Shown here: in pieces, positions 1 through 9,465 of the stretch
Numbering within the stretch: the first letter of the stretch is position 1
How the letters are laid out: each line of letters starts with the position of its first letter
Source: an uncultured Candidatus Saccharibacteria bacterium
Lineage (GTDB): Bacteria > Patescibacteriota > Minisyncoccia > Phycocordibacterales > UBA9973
Assembly: GCA_964532495.1 (NCBI GenBank)
Contig: CAZHJZ010000005.1
Location: forward strand, 920 to 64,919
Length of the DNA stretch: 64,000 nucleotides
Direction of reading: 5' to 3'
Notes under the pieces: generated by a model
What the model saw: only the letters and a program-made list of their open reading frames with translations
Database searches by the model: none
What the model was told of the DNA's origin: nothing
Program-made: the position numbers and the translations under genes

Positions 1-17
1 GCAAGGTCAAAGACCTT

Positions 18-1244
18 TTGCCGTACGACAAGAACCCTCGGGTAATCACCGAGAAGCAAATCGCAGACCTCAAGCGAAGCCTTACCAAGTTCTCGCTCGC
101 CGAGATCCCAGCTGTGAACACTGACGGAACGCTAGTCGCTGGTAACCAGCGAGTGAAAGTCCTCATGCTCATGGGCAAAGGCGAAACTCTCATCGACGTA
201 CGAGTTCCATCACGCAAGTTGTCGGAAGCCGAGTTCAAGGACTACCTCATCACCTCGAACAAGTCTGGCGGAGATTTCGACTACGACATACTCGCGCGAG
301 ACTTCAACATGGAAGAACTCTCGACCGCAGGATTCGACGATGTAGACCTCTCAAAGATTTTCGACTCACGCTCGGATAAGAAAGAAGAAACGTGGGACGA
401 GGAAAAGGAGATGAAGAAAGCCAAGGCGACAAAGATAAAACTCGGAGATGTGTATATGTTGGGGCGACACCGACTTATCTGCGGTGACGCAACCGATACC
501 GAAACCGTGAAGAAACTCATGGACGGAGCCAAGGCAGATCTCGTGAATCAAGACCCTCCTTTCAACATTGACCTCTCATACGAAAAAGGCGTGGGTGGAG
601 AGAAAACAAAAAAGAATTACGGTGGAATCGTGAAGGACAATCTGTCGGACGAGGCATACGCCGAGTTCATACGGAAGATGATGAAGAACGCCATGGCAGT
701 AACTAAGTCCAACTCACACTGGGCATGGTGGTGCGACGAACGATATGTATGGCTTTTTCAGAACTTGTATAAGGAGCTTGGAATCAACGCGAAGCGACTG
801 CTCATCTGGGTCAAGAATAACTCGTCACCGACACCGCATGTGGCCTTTAATAAGGCGACAGAATATATCGTGTACGGAACTCTCGGATCGCCGTATCTCT
901 CTAAACATGTTACCACCGCCAACGAGATAATCAACCACGACACGACCACGGGAAACGAGCTTCTCGAAGAACTCACCAACCTCATTCTGGCGAAGCGTCT
1001 TGCGAGCAACTTGTACGAACACCCGACGGAAAAAAGTCCGCAAGTCCACTACAAGATCATAAAACGATGCACGAAAGTGAACGACATCGTTCTGGATCTC
1101 ACCGCAGGTTCGGGAAGCATCATGACGGCGTGCCAACAGCTCGGTCGAACCGCCTACATGTGCGAGATGAGCCCGATCTTCTGCCAGCTCATCATTAACA
1201 GATTCAAGCAAATCTCCAATGAAGAAGTCAGAAAGCTCAATTAG
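18..1244 (+). CDS. ParB-like nuclease domain fused to beta-class N6-adenine/N4-cytosine DNA methyltransferase (phage-type; may be 5' truncated at window edge, TTG start)
   Basis: N-terminus has the ParB-like 'LVAGNQRVKVL' motif. The methyltransferase part has motif IV 'DPPF' followed by AdoMet motif I 'LDLTAGSGS', which is the beta-class order. No upstream stop before position 18. Confidence 0.7.
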   Translation: MPYDKNPRVITEKQIADLKRSLTKFSLAEIPAVNTDGTLVAGNQRVKVLMLMGKGETLIDVRVPSRKLSEAEFKDYLITSNKSGGDFDYDILARDFNMEELSTAGFDDVDLSKIFDSRSDKKEETWDEEKEMKKAKATKIKLGDVYMLGRHRLICGDATDTETVKKLMDGAKADLVNQDPPFNIDLSYEKGVGGEKTKKNYGGIVKDNLSDEAYAEFIRKMMKNAMAVTKSNSHWAWWCDERYVWLFQNLYKELGINAKRLLIWVKNNSSPTPHVAFNKATEYIVYGTLGSPYLSKHVTTANEIINHDTTTGNELLEELTNLILAKRLASNLYEHPTEKSPQVHYKIIKRCTKVNDIVLDLTAGSGSIMTACQQLGRTAYMCEMSPIFCQLIINRFKQISNEEVRKLN

Positions 1245-1623
1245 CTCCGTAAAGATACGGAAGCAGAAAGGACTGTTCATAGAGCAGTTGAAGCGGAATC
1301 CGAACGTCCAGATCGCGTGCGAGAAGCTGGAAGTCGGCAGGTCGAGCTTCTATCGCTGGCAGTCCGAAGACCCCTCGTTCAAGAAAGAAGTGGACGAGGC
1401 GGTGTCTGAGGGCGTGACGGTCGTGAACGACCTCGCGGAATCCAAGCTCGTGCTTGCCGTCAAGGACGGCGACATTCAGGCGATCCGCTACTGGCTGAAC
1501 AACCACCACTCTACCTATTCCCCGACAATCAAGGTCAAGCACTCGCTGGACAGCTCTGAATTGTCGGAGGAGCAGAAAGCGATAATCAGCGCGACGCTCA
1601 ACATTCTCAAAGATGAAGACTAA
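1219..1623 (+). CDS. Phage terminase small subunit-like HTH protein
   Basis: 134 aa lying between the methyltransferase and the large terminase, overlapping both. It has an HTH-like stretch 'ACEKLEVGRSSFYRW'. Confidence 0.45.
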   Translation: MKKSESSISSVKIRKQKGLFIEQLKRNPNVQIACEKLEVGRSSFYRWQSEDPSFKKEVDEAVSEGVTVVNDLAESKLVLAVKDGDIQAIRYWLNNHHSTYSPTIKVKHSLDSSELSEEQKAIISATLNILKDED

Positions 1624-3091
1624 GTCTTCCATCACAACCAAAGAGCAAGCGTTGGAAAAGCTCAACGACCCCATCATCCGCAAGGAGGTGGCGAAAGCCG
1701 ACTTCTTCCTGTTCTTCACGATCTACTTCTACCACCACATGCGGTATCCGTTCGCGGACATGCACCGCGAGATGATGTCGATCTGCCAGAACGACTCGAT
1801 ATCGCTCTCGCTCATCATGGCGTTTCGTGGGTCTGGAAAAAGTACGATAGTCACGACCGCCTTTCCGCTCTGGGCGATACTCGGCGTGCTTCAGAAGAAG
1901 TACATCGTGATCGTCGCCAAGACCAAGCCACAGGCGAAGCAGATGATGACGAACATCAAGAGCGAGCTTGAATCGAACGACCAGCTCCGAAACGACTTAG
2001 GACCATTCCAAGACGACTCGGAGGAATGGGGTTCGGAGTCGATAGTCTTCTCCAAGCAGAACGCGCGGATCACCGTCGTGTCCATCGAGCAGAGTCTCAA
2101 GGGTCTGCGCCACAAGCAGTACCGCCCAGACCTCATCATCCTCGACGACATCGAGGACAACGAGTCCACCAAGACCAAGGAGATGCGCGAGAAGACGTAC
2201 GAGAAGTACAAGCGCGAGATCGTACCGCTTGGAGACAAGGGCACGCGGATACTCCATGTCGGCAACATGCTCCACGACAACTCGCTTATCATGCGACTGT
2301 CTCGGGAGATCGCAGACGGCGACACGACGAGAGTCTTCCGCAAGTATCCGATCATCGACGAGGACGGCAAGATATTCTGGCAAGGAAAATTCGGGAGCGA
2401 AGCGGAGGTCGAGACGGAACGGCTCAAAGTGAACGATGATGTCGCGTGGCACTTGGAGTACCTCTTGAAGGTTATCTCTGGAAACCAGCAGATCATAAAG
2501 AACGAGGAGATACTCTTCTACGACGAGCTACCGCCCCGCACGAAGAATAGCGACGGCTATTTCGACGAGCGGTTCATTGTTGTCGGCGTAGACCTCGCCA
2601 TATCCAAGAACGACAATGCCGATTACACGGCAATCGTTCCGATCCTGTACCAGAAAAACCGCGAGCGGAACTGCTGGGAAGGATTCGTACTCAAGGACTT
2701 CGTCCACAAGCGACTCGACTTCAACGAAACATGTGACGCGATCATCACACTCAACAAGGCGCTCGCCGTGTATGGTGCGCGAGTTGTCTTCGTTATAGAG
2801 ACGGTGGCGTATCAACAAGCCCTTTCTCAGGCGGTCAAAGCTAAAGATAGGAACTACATCGAGGTCGTTGAGAAGAACACTTCGCTCGACAAAGAGACAC
2901 GGCTTCGGATCGCAAAACCCATCTTCTCGAACAAGACGATGTTCTTCCCACGATATGAGGCGGAGATCATCGTGCGAGAAATTACTGGATTCGGCAGAGA
3001 GAAGCACGACGACCTTGTGGACTCTCTGACGCTCTCGGTGAACTACGCGCTTGAGGTTTTGCTTGTCGAGAATACGGTGATCTGCGTTTAA
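1613..3091 (+). CDS. Phage terminase large subunit
   Basis: Walker A 'FRGSGKST' and Walker B 'LIILDDIED' in the N-terminal ATPase. A C-terminal acidic-motif region is consistent with an RNaseH-like nuclease. 492 aa. Confidence 0.8.
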   Translation: MKTKSSITTKEQALEKLNDPIIRKEVAKADFFLFFTIYFYHHMRYPFADMHREMMSICQNDSISLSLIMAFRGSGKSTIVTTAFPLWAILGVLQKKYIVIVAKTKPQAKQMMTNIKSELESNDQLRNDLGPFQDDSEEWGSESIVFSKQNARITVVSIEQSLKGLRHKQYRPDLIILDDIEDNESTKTKEMREKTYEKYKREIVPLGDKGTRILHVGNMLHDNSLIMRLSREIADGDTTRVFRKYPIIDEDGKIFWQGKFGSEAEVETERLKVNDDVAWHLEYLLKVISGNQQIIKNEEILFYDELPPRTKNSDGYFDERFIVVGVDLAISKNDNADYTAIVPILYQKNRERNCWEGFVLKDFVHKRLDFNETCDAIITLNKALAVYGARVVFVIETVAYQQALSQAVKAKDRNYIEVVEKNTSLDKETRLRIAKPIFSNKTMFFPRYEAEIIVREITGFGREKHDDLVDSLTLSVNYALEVLLVENTVICV

Positions 3092-3166
3092 CGCTTTCTG
3101 TCAACAAAAAGCCCGTCATGAAAATGACAGGTTCTTTGGCATGGGCTAGTCTTCTTTTTGAATTTA

Positions 3167-3961
3167 CTACGAGCCGAAAGTCATAAAGTTTGCGCTCTCA
3201 TATTTTCGTACTGCTTTTTTGAAAAACCACAGAGAAAACATAAACCAAAAAATTGATAGCAATAGGAGCAAGAGCATTTTAGGAACTGATGTTTGGCTTA
3301 TCGCTTCAACGGGTAGAGTTCCGATAACCAGTGATGGCACAATGAATGTAAAGATAAATCTTGTAGCACCTTGAAATGCTCCTCCATGAAATAACGATGG
3401 CGTAAGAAATAACTCAAACACACTTCGCGTGACTGCCTCGGGATCAGTAAAAAAGAAATTTAGTGATTGTATTGCAATGGTCACGCCAGTAAATGTAATC
3501 AACGCAATCACAATCAAAAGTAATGTCATTCCAATTTGTGGCAACGTGGCAGATATCATTGAAAGATAGATCACGATACAAATGATTCCAAAAAACATAT
3601 CACCCACTGCCGAAGCACCGAAGGACGATGTTGCAATACGCGTTAGCAGATTTTTGGGCGATATAAGAAATTGATCAAACCTACCACCAGAAATAAGTTG
3701 TGGCATTTCTCGAAGTCCTGAACCAACTGAATACACAACACCAAATACAAGAGCTACGAAACCTTGTAACCCAAAAATATCGGCTTTGTTCCAGCCTCCG
3801 ATATCTCCAACCGTTTGGATAAGAAAAATCCACAATATAACAAAAGATATATTATTGATCATCATCCCAAAAACATTCATCCAAAAACTCGTACGCAGTT
3901 CCGCGCTACTTTGAATGTTCTTTTTTATTGCGTAAATAGCAAATTTTATTTCTTTCATCAT
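3167..3961 (-). CDS. ABC-2 family transporter permease
   Basis: 264-aa polytopic membrane protein, co-oriented with and adjacent to the ABC ATPase. Confidence 0.5.
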   Translation of the reverse strand: MMKEIKFAIYAIKKNIQSSAELRTSFWMNVFGMMINNISFVILWIFLIQTVGDIGGWNKADIFGLQGFVALVFGVVYSVGSGLREMPQLISGGRFDQFLISPKNLLTRIATSSFGASAVGDMFFGIICIVIYLSMISATLPQIGMTLLLIVIALITFTGVTIAIQSLNFFFTDPEAVTRSVFELFLTPSLFHGGAFQGATRFIFTFIVPSLVIGTLPVEAISQTSVPKMLLLLLLSIFWFMFSLWFFKKAVRKYESANFMTFGS

Positions 3962-3966
3962 ATAAT

Positions 3967-4767
3967 TTATCCTCCGTTTACTGAGACTTTTTTATGTGCA
4001 CGACCGAACATATAAGTCACAATAATTCCAAGTGCTATAACCCAAAGTATCTGTATCCCAATCATTTCAGAATAGTTAGTTTTCCAAGTGTCATAGACGG
4101 TGTGAGTCACAAATTGTGAGGCACCGAATGGACTCCAAATTGCAATCTTATACATTATCGCTGGAAACAGCGCGACTGGCAGATACGATCCACCGAGAAT
4201 CATTACTGTTTTGTCTACGATCCAATAGAGTGGTTTAATATCTTCAATCCAAAAAGCCAATAGTCCAACGATTGAGTATACAAATAGCGATAAAATAATA
4301 CTTAGAATAAAAACAACTGAAAGTGTACCTGCAAAAAACCAGCTAGTCATACTTGCAGGAATACCGACAGCGACAACAAGAGCAATAGTTCCTAAGACGG
4401 CGGCTACAAAAAATGAATAGAGTCCTGCGCCCAATTGCCACCATATGCGATAAAACAAATAGTGAATCGGTTTTGATAGAAGTACCTCAACTGTCCCAGA
4501 TTTAATATCCTGCATGATAGAAGTAGCGATATCGCGCAATCTCAATGTCATCAATGCAAAATACAAGAACATACTCCAAGCAGCCACTTGAAAAGTGAGT
4601 CCATTAATTACACCACCTCGAATACTAAAAATGTAATAATACAGAACGAGCAAAATACCACAACGTGTTGCTATTCCAAAAGTATCAACAATCAAACGAG
4701 CAGGATATTGTATCCTGTCTTTGATCATCATTTTGACGATGCTATTTGCTAATCGAAGTTGCTTCAT
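3967..4767 (-). CDS. ABC-2 family transporter permease
   Basis: 266-aa polytopic membrane protein in the same operon as the ATPase. Confidence 0.5.
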   Translation of the reverse strand: MKQLRLANSIVKMMIKDRIQYPARLIVDTFGIATRCGILLVLYYYIFSIRGGVINGLTFQVAAWSMFLYFALMTLRLRDIATSIMQDIKSGTVEVLLSKPIHYLFYRIWWQLGAGLYSFFVAAVLGTIALVVAVGIPASMTSWFFAGTLSVVFILSIILSLFVYSIVGLLAFWIEDIKPLYWIVDKTVMILGGSYLPVALFPAIMYKIAIWSPFGASQFVTHTVYDTWKTNYSEMIGIQILWVIALGIIVTYMFGRAHKKVSVNGG

Positions 4768-5740
4768 ACATTTCTCTGATTACAGTTTCAAGATCGACAT
4801 TGTAAACGTCTATGTCTGAAACAGAAAAATACGGAAGTATTTTTTGGAGTGCATCAGATACACCCAGAATCCTTTGATCGACAGCAAGAGTTATTTTATT
4901 AGTATCTTTTTGTATATATTTGATTCCATTTGGTAGCTCAGGAAAGTCTTTCGGTTTTGATTCGAGGGTGATATTAAGATATTTTTCATGCACGAAAGAT
5001 TTAGAGAGTTCGTCTGTCGGCATATCACGAACCACTGTTCCGTGATTAATTATGATTGTACGATCACAAAGAGACTCGATATCTCCAACGTCGTGTGAGG
5101 TTAAAAAGATAGTGGTTTTTTCCTCTTTGTTTATCTTTATCAAAAGTTCACGAAGTGACTTCTTCGCAACAACGTCTAAACCAATCGTTGGCTCATCTAG
5201 AAAAATGATTTTAGGTTTATGGATAAGTGATACTGCAATTTCTGCACGCATTCTTTGTCCGAGTGAAAGTTTTCGCACTGGTTGATCTTTAAATGAAGCG
5301 AGGTCAAATTGCTCTATAAGTTCTGCCGTGCGTGAGGCGATTTCTTTTTTGGATAGATCATACATAACTCCAAAAAATTCAAATGAATCAGTTATTGGCA
5401 GGTTTGGAAATAACTGACTTCTTTGACCGAAGACCGTTCCAATTTTGTACGCAAGTGCCTTGCGATCAATTGTTGGATCAAAACCAAGTACGGATATTTT
5501 TCCTGTTGTCGGAAACAAGATACCAGTTAGCATTTTGATAGTAGTCGATTTACCAGCTCCGTTGGGTCCTATAAAAGCAATTCGTTCACCTTCGTTTACA
5601 GAAAAAGAAATATCATCCACTGCGGTTACCGTTTTTATCTCAGGAGATACTAGATTACGAAAAAATGAAGAACCTTGTTTTTTCACAGAAAAAGAAAAGG
5701 TTTTTGAGAGATTTTTAACTTCAATAATTTTATTCACCAT
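4742..5740 (-). CDS. ABC transporter ATP-binding protein with C-terminal extension
   Basis: Walker A 'GPNGAGKST', ABC signature 'LSLGQRMR', Walker B '[12 protein letters not shown]'. About 100 extra C-terminal residues. Confidence 0.85.
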   Translation of the reverse strand: MVNKIIEVKNLSKTFSFSVKKQGSSFFRNLVSPEIKTVTAVDDISFSVNEGERIAFIGPNGAGKSTTIKMLTGILFPTTGKISVLGFDPTIDRKALAYKIGTVFGQRSQLFPNLPITDSFEFFGVMYDLSKKEIASRTAELIEQFDLASFKDQPVRKLSLGQRMRAEIAVSLIHKPKIIFLDEPTIGLDVVAKKSLRELLIKINKEEKTTIFLTSHDVGDIESLCDRTIIINHGTVVRDMPTDELSKSFVHEKYLNITLESKPKDFPELPNGIKYIQKDTNKITLAVDQRILGVSDALQKILPYFSVSDIDVYNVDLETVIREMYEATSISK

Positions 5741-5792
5741 ATAACTGAATTTATCACAAAAAAGTTAAAAATCATAACGCGTAATTTTCTTG

Positions 5793-6143
5793 TTATTTGT
5801 GTGATTTATTTCTACATCGCTCGATCCGCTTCGCCCAATCACCGTCCCACCCCTGCGCTTTCGCCTGTGTCGCGAGCTTGATCGCCTCGTTGAACCGCTT
5901 TTGCTTTTCAAAGATAATGCACAGCTGTTCGTACCCCTTGTGAGTCGGTAGCAAATGGTGCACCCCGATCGCTCCGAATTCCTTGAGCCATGACTGCTTG
6001 GCTTCGTCGGCGATCATGATCTGTGTCCAACAACAATCTATCGTCTTTTGCAAAGCCGTAGGATCGCTGTCTCGATCTCTATATGTCTCCTCGATTTTCC
6101 AAGTCAGCTCAAGGTGTACGTCGAATGCGTTTCGCTTCCTCAT
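5793..6143 (-). CDS. Hypothetical protein
   Basis: 116-aa ORF with no recognisable motifs. Confidence 0.3.
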   Translation of the reverse strand: MRKRNAFDVHLELTWKIEETYRDRDSDPTALQKTIDCCWTQIMIADEAKQSWLKEFGAIGVHHLLPTHKGYEQLCIIFEKQKRFNEAIKLATQAKAQGWDGDWAKRIERCRNKSHK

Positions 6144-6147
6144 ACAG

Positions 6148-6738
6148 TTATATCTTTAAGAGCTTCTCCTTGTGAGCCTTGAACTCTTCTTCGGTGATTG
6201 CGCCCTGCTCTTTGAGCTTGAACAGACTGACGAGTTCGTCTGACGTATTCTTTGATGGCTCAGATGAACGAACTACTACGGTTGAGTTTTCCGTTTTGTC
6301 TTGGTGACTAAGACGATCAAGAATCTTCTTCGCTTCGTATGGTGTGCCGATATTTTTCAAAACAATATCGTGTCCAAGACCAGCTGTCTTAATAACAAGG
6401 TTTCCACTTTTCGTGATCGCTTTTTTAAGGTACGACTCACTCACTGATACTTCGACGATCTTGTCATAATTTATGCTTGTGCTTTTTGTTGAAAGCCAAC
6501 CAGTGTGAACAAGAACACGCTTGCTTGTGAAAGCGTAAGCATTCAAACCAAGCGACCAATAATGGAGCGTACCTGCTCCGAGAATAATTACTCCAAACAC
6601 TGGATTCACCATCATAATGAGTCCGACGATTCCCCACACAACTGCGATTGCGATTCTATATCCTTGAGCAACGGAGAATTCATAATCGACTTTTTCGCTC
6701 TCGTTCAAAGTCTTCTGCCAGATTTGTTCATACTTCAT
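6148..6738 (-). CDS. Bacterial PH-domain (YdbS/YdbT-like) membrane protein with C-terminal SHOCT domain
   Basis: Two N-terminal TM helices followed by a PH-like region. C-terminal 'LKEQGAITEEEFKAHKEKLL' is the SHOCT signature. Confidence 0.5.
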   Translation of the reverse strand: MKYEQIWQKTLNESEKVDYEFSVAQGYRIAIAVVWGIVGLIMMVNPVFGVIILGAGTLHYWSLGLNAYAFTSKRVLVHTGWLSTKSTSINYDKIVEVSVSESYLKKAITKSGNLVIKTAGLGHDIVLKNIGTPYEAKKILDRLSHQDKTENSTVVVRSSEPSKNTSDELVSLFKLKEQGAITEEEFKAHKEKLLKI

Positions 6739-7047
6739 AATTTTTTAACTTCTTGCGTGTTAGTGGTAAATCCGAGGATGGGACGCAAAAAGCCCACCAC
6801 ATGGGGTGATGTCTTGCGACATCCATCTACGGTTTCCCGTAGAGACCTGTAAGAGTAGCCCCCATATGATGGGTTCTTTATCTCTTACAGGTTTTCGACC
6901 ATATCCTCAAGGAAAGCCCTGAGGGGTTAGGTCTTTATTTAGTTGTAAATCAACAATAGCATTTTTAACGCTATTATTCCAGACCATGATATCGCAGTAC
7001 TGTGAAATGTCAGAGGCTAGTTACCAACACGCGGAGAATGATATAAT

Positions 7048-7674
7048 ATGGGACATATGGCTGAATTTGAAGCAAAAACCAATACTATCAAAGTTATTAT
7101 TTTCGACGCTGATGGCGTTCTCATAAACGGAGAAAGATTTAGCCTACGTCTCGCCAAAGAATATGGAATTTCACTTGAGCAGACCGCTCCATTTTTTACA
7201 GGGCCATTCAATGACTGCCTCGTCGGAAATGCTGACCTCAGAGAAGCAATCGCGCCATATTTAAAAGAATGGAAATGGGAGAAAGGTGTTGATGCTTTTT
7301 TGGAATACTGGTTCGCATCTGAACATTCCTTAGACGAAGAATTAATCGCGTATATCCAAAAATTGAGAGAGCAAGGAATCAAATGTTTTGTCGCTACAAA
7401 TCAGGAAAAGCACAGAGCACAGTACATGCTCGAAAAAATGGGATTCGCCGACAGCTTCGATAAGTTGTATGCCTCAGCACACCTCGGACATAAAAAGCCG
7501 AGCATCATTTTCTATGAGAAGCTTCTTGTTGAACTTGGCGATGTCAGAAAAGATGAACTGCTCTTTTGGGACGACGCTCAGGAAAATATCGATGGCGCAA
7601 AAGTGTTTGGTATCCATGCAGAACTGTACACTACGTTTGAGGATTTTAAAGAAAAAATGAGTAAAAAATACTAG
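7048..7674 (+). CDS. HAD-superfamily hydrolase/phosphatase
   Basis: Motif I 'IIFDADGVL' and motif IV 'FWDDAQENIDGAKVFG'. Confidence 0.7.
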   Translation: MGHMAEFEAKTNTIKVIIFDADGVLINGERFSLRLAKEYGISLEQTAPFFTGPFNDCLVGNADLREAIAPYLKEWKWEKGVDAFLEYWFASEHSLDEELIAYIQKLREQGIKCFVATNQEKHRAQYMLEKMGFADSFDKLYASAHLGHKKPSIIFYEKLLVELGDVRKDELLFWDDAQENIDGAKVFGIHAELYTTFEDFKEKMSKKY

Positions 7675-7675
7675 C

Positions 7676-8539
7676 ATGGAAAATCTATTACCGATCATTA
7701 AAGAAAACTACGATTTACCTGATTTAGCGATCGGTGAAATATTGCAGCAGAAAGGAGGACGCACTGTGCTTACTCTTGTATCCAACGGCAAAAAATACGT
7801 CCTTAAAATTGGAGATGTTTCAAAAACAAAAGAAAAAATAGAAAAAGATACCTTCGTATTCTCATTTTTGAAAGAGAAAAATTTCACGGCTATTCCGTTA
7901 CTCATAGAGACAAGAAAAAAAGAGCGGTACACCACCGTGAACGGGCAGTTTGCATATTTGCTTGAATATGTTGAAGGGAAAAATTTAGAAGGGACTAAGG
8001 AGGATTGGGCTGAAATAGGAAGGCTGACTGCTGAACTCCACTCTTTTACAGATTATCCACTCAAAACTCTATTTGGTTTCAAGAATGAAAAACTTAGGCT
8101 CGCTGAGATCGCACAAGAACTGTCTTTCAAAGAAGAATATCTTGCGCTCGTAAATACACTTCCAGATTTCGATACTCTTCCCCAGACCCTTATTCATACG
8201 GATATCGGTACGCATAATGCGATAAAATCATCGAACGGATCGATCGTTTTGATTGACTGGGACGACAGCGGTTTGGGTACGAGAGTTTTGGATTTAGGGT
8301 TTCCTCTGCTCTCACAATTTCTTAACGGTGACTTAATTTTTGAAAAGGACAAAGCTGAAGCGTTTTATAACGCATATTTTTCTCAGCACAATATACCCAA
8401 AGAAGAGAAGCTACTCATTTTTGACGCGGCGATTTTCTTTGCCCTGTTGTATATGCCGTATGTGGACATAGATAAATGCTGGAAAAAGATTGCTTTTGCT
8501 CGTGCGAATAAGGAAAAAATCAACTCGATTTTTATTTAA
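7676..8539 (+). CDS. APH/choline-kinase-like phosphotransferase (small-molecule kinase)
   Basis: Brenner catalytic motif 'LIHTDIGTHNAI' and 'LIDWDDSGLG' (HxDxxxxN...D). Begins 2 bp after the HAD gene. Confidence 0.65.
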   Translation: MENLLPIIKENYDLPDLAIGEILQQKGGRTVLTLVSNGKKYVLKIGDVSKTKEKIEKDTFVFSFLKEKNFTAIPLLIETRKKERYTTVNGQFAYLLEYVEGKNLEGTKEDWAEIGRLTAELHSFTDYPLKTLFGFKNEKLRLAEIAQELSFKEEYLALVNTLPDFDTLPQTLIHTDIGTHNAIKSSNGSIVLIDWDDSGLGTRVLDLGFPLLSQFLNGDLIFEKDKAEAFYNAYFSQHNIPKEEKLLIFDAAIFFALLYMPYVDIDKCWKKIAFARANKEKINSIFI

Positions 8540-8566
8540 AATAAGTTACATGATTTAGATAACGAA

Positions 8567-9085
8567 ATGCAAAAAAGATATTACATTACAGGAGTAAGTG
8601 GCACAGGTAAGACGACTGTCTGCGAAGAACTCGCCAAGCGTGGATTCTTCGCTGTAGACCAAGACTCGCGCGTATATGGTTTATGTAGCTGGAAGCACAA
8701 CCATACAAAAGAAGACGCTCGATTCGAGTACGGCATCGGCAAGGAATTTCTCGAAGCGAATGACTGGTACTGCGACATTGAAAAACTGAAGGCTCTTTTA
8801 GATACAGCTGATACTACCTCGTTTGTTTGTGGTGTCACTGCGAATCAAGACGAATACCTGAATCTATTCGATAAGGTGTTTCTTCTTCAGTGCTCGCCCG
8901 AAGTTTTCTCGAAGCGCATCGATGAGCGTGAGAATAACCAGTTTGGGAAACATCCATCTGAAAAAGAGCATCTATTAGTGTGGTACAATGAACTGGAGAG
9001 TGGATTGATCGCCAAGGGCGCAATCGTCATCAACTGTGACGCGCCGACCAGTCTGATCGTCGATCAAATAATAAATTCATGCTAA
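8567..9085 (+). CDS. P-loop NTPase kinase (AAA_33/nucleoside-kinase-like)
   Basis: P-loop 'GVSGTGKTT' at the N-terminus; 172 aa. Confidence 0.55.
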   Translation: MQKRYYITGVSGTGKTTVCEELAKRGFFAVDQDSRVYGLCSWKHNHTKEDARFEYGIGKEFLEANDWYCDIEKLKALLDTADTTSFVCGVTANQDEYLNLFDKVFLLQCSPEVFSKRIDERENNQFGKHPSEKEHLLVWYNELESGLIAKGAIVINCDAPTSLIVDQIINSC

Positions 9086-9104
9086 CACGATAAAATTATA
9101 TTTT

Positions 9105-9443
9105 ATGGAAACAAAAGATTTTTATTGCGATTTTGTATTGAGCAATAAAATAGAAGTGAAGAAAGAAGTGGAAACAGATTCCGTTTTGGCTTTTCATCAC
9201 ACTAAGCCAAACTGGACTTTTCATGTTGTCATAATACCGAAACAACACATACGACGTTTAGCTGATTTAAAAAATACCTCTGTTGTCGCTGAAATATTCT
9301 CAGTTGCTAAGGAAATAATTTTGAAATATAAGTTGCATGAGAGTAATTACAAAATAATTACGAATGGAGGAGATTTTCAGGATTCACAACACCTGCACTT
9401 TCATTTAGTTTCTGGAAAACCAGTGGCAGATTTTAACGAATAA
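9105..9443 (+). CDS. HIT-family nucleotide hydrolase/transferase
   Basis: Histidine triad 'HLHFHLVSG'. Confidence 0.75.
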   Translation: METKDFYCDFVLSNKIEVKKEVETDSVLAFHHTKPNWTFHVVIIPKQHIRRLADLKNTSVVAEIFSVAKEIILKYKLHESNYKIITNGGDFQDSQHLHFHLVSGKPVADFNE

Positions 9444-9465
9444 AAAACATAGATCGGTGTCAAAA

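Noticed and set aside
1891-2496. Antisense ORFs within the terminase large subunit gene (1891-2496, 1997-2452, 2026-2439)
   Set aside because: Low-complexity Arg/Ser-rich translations opposite a well-supported gene.
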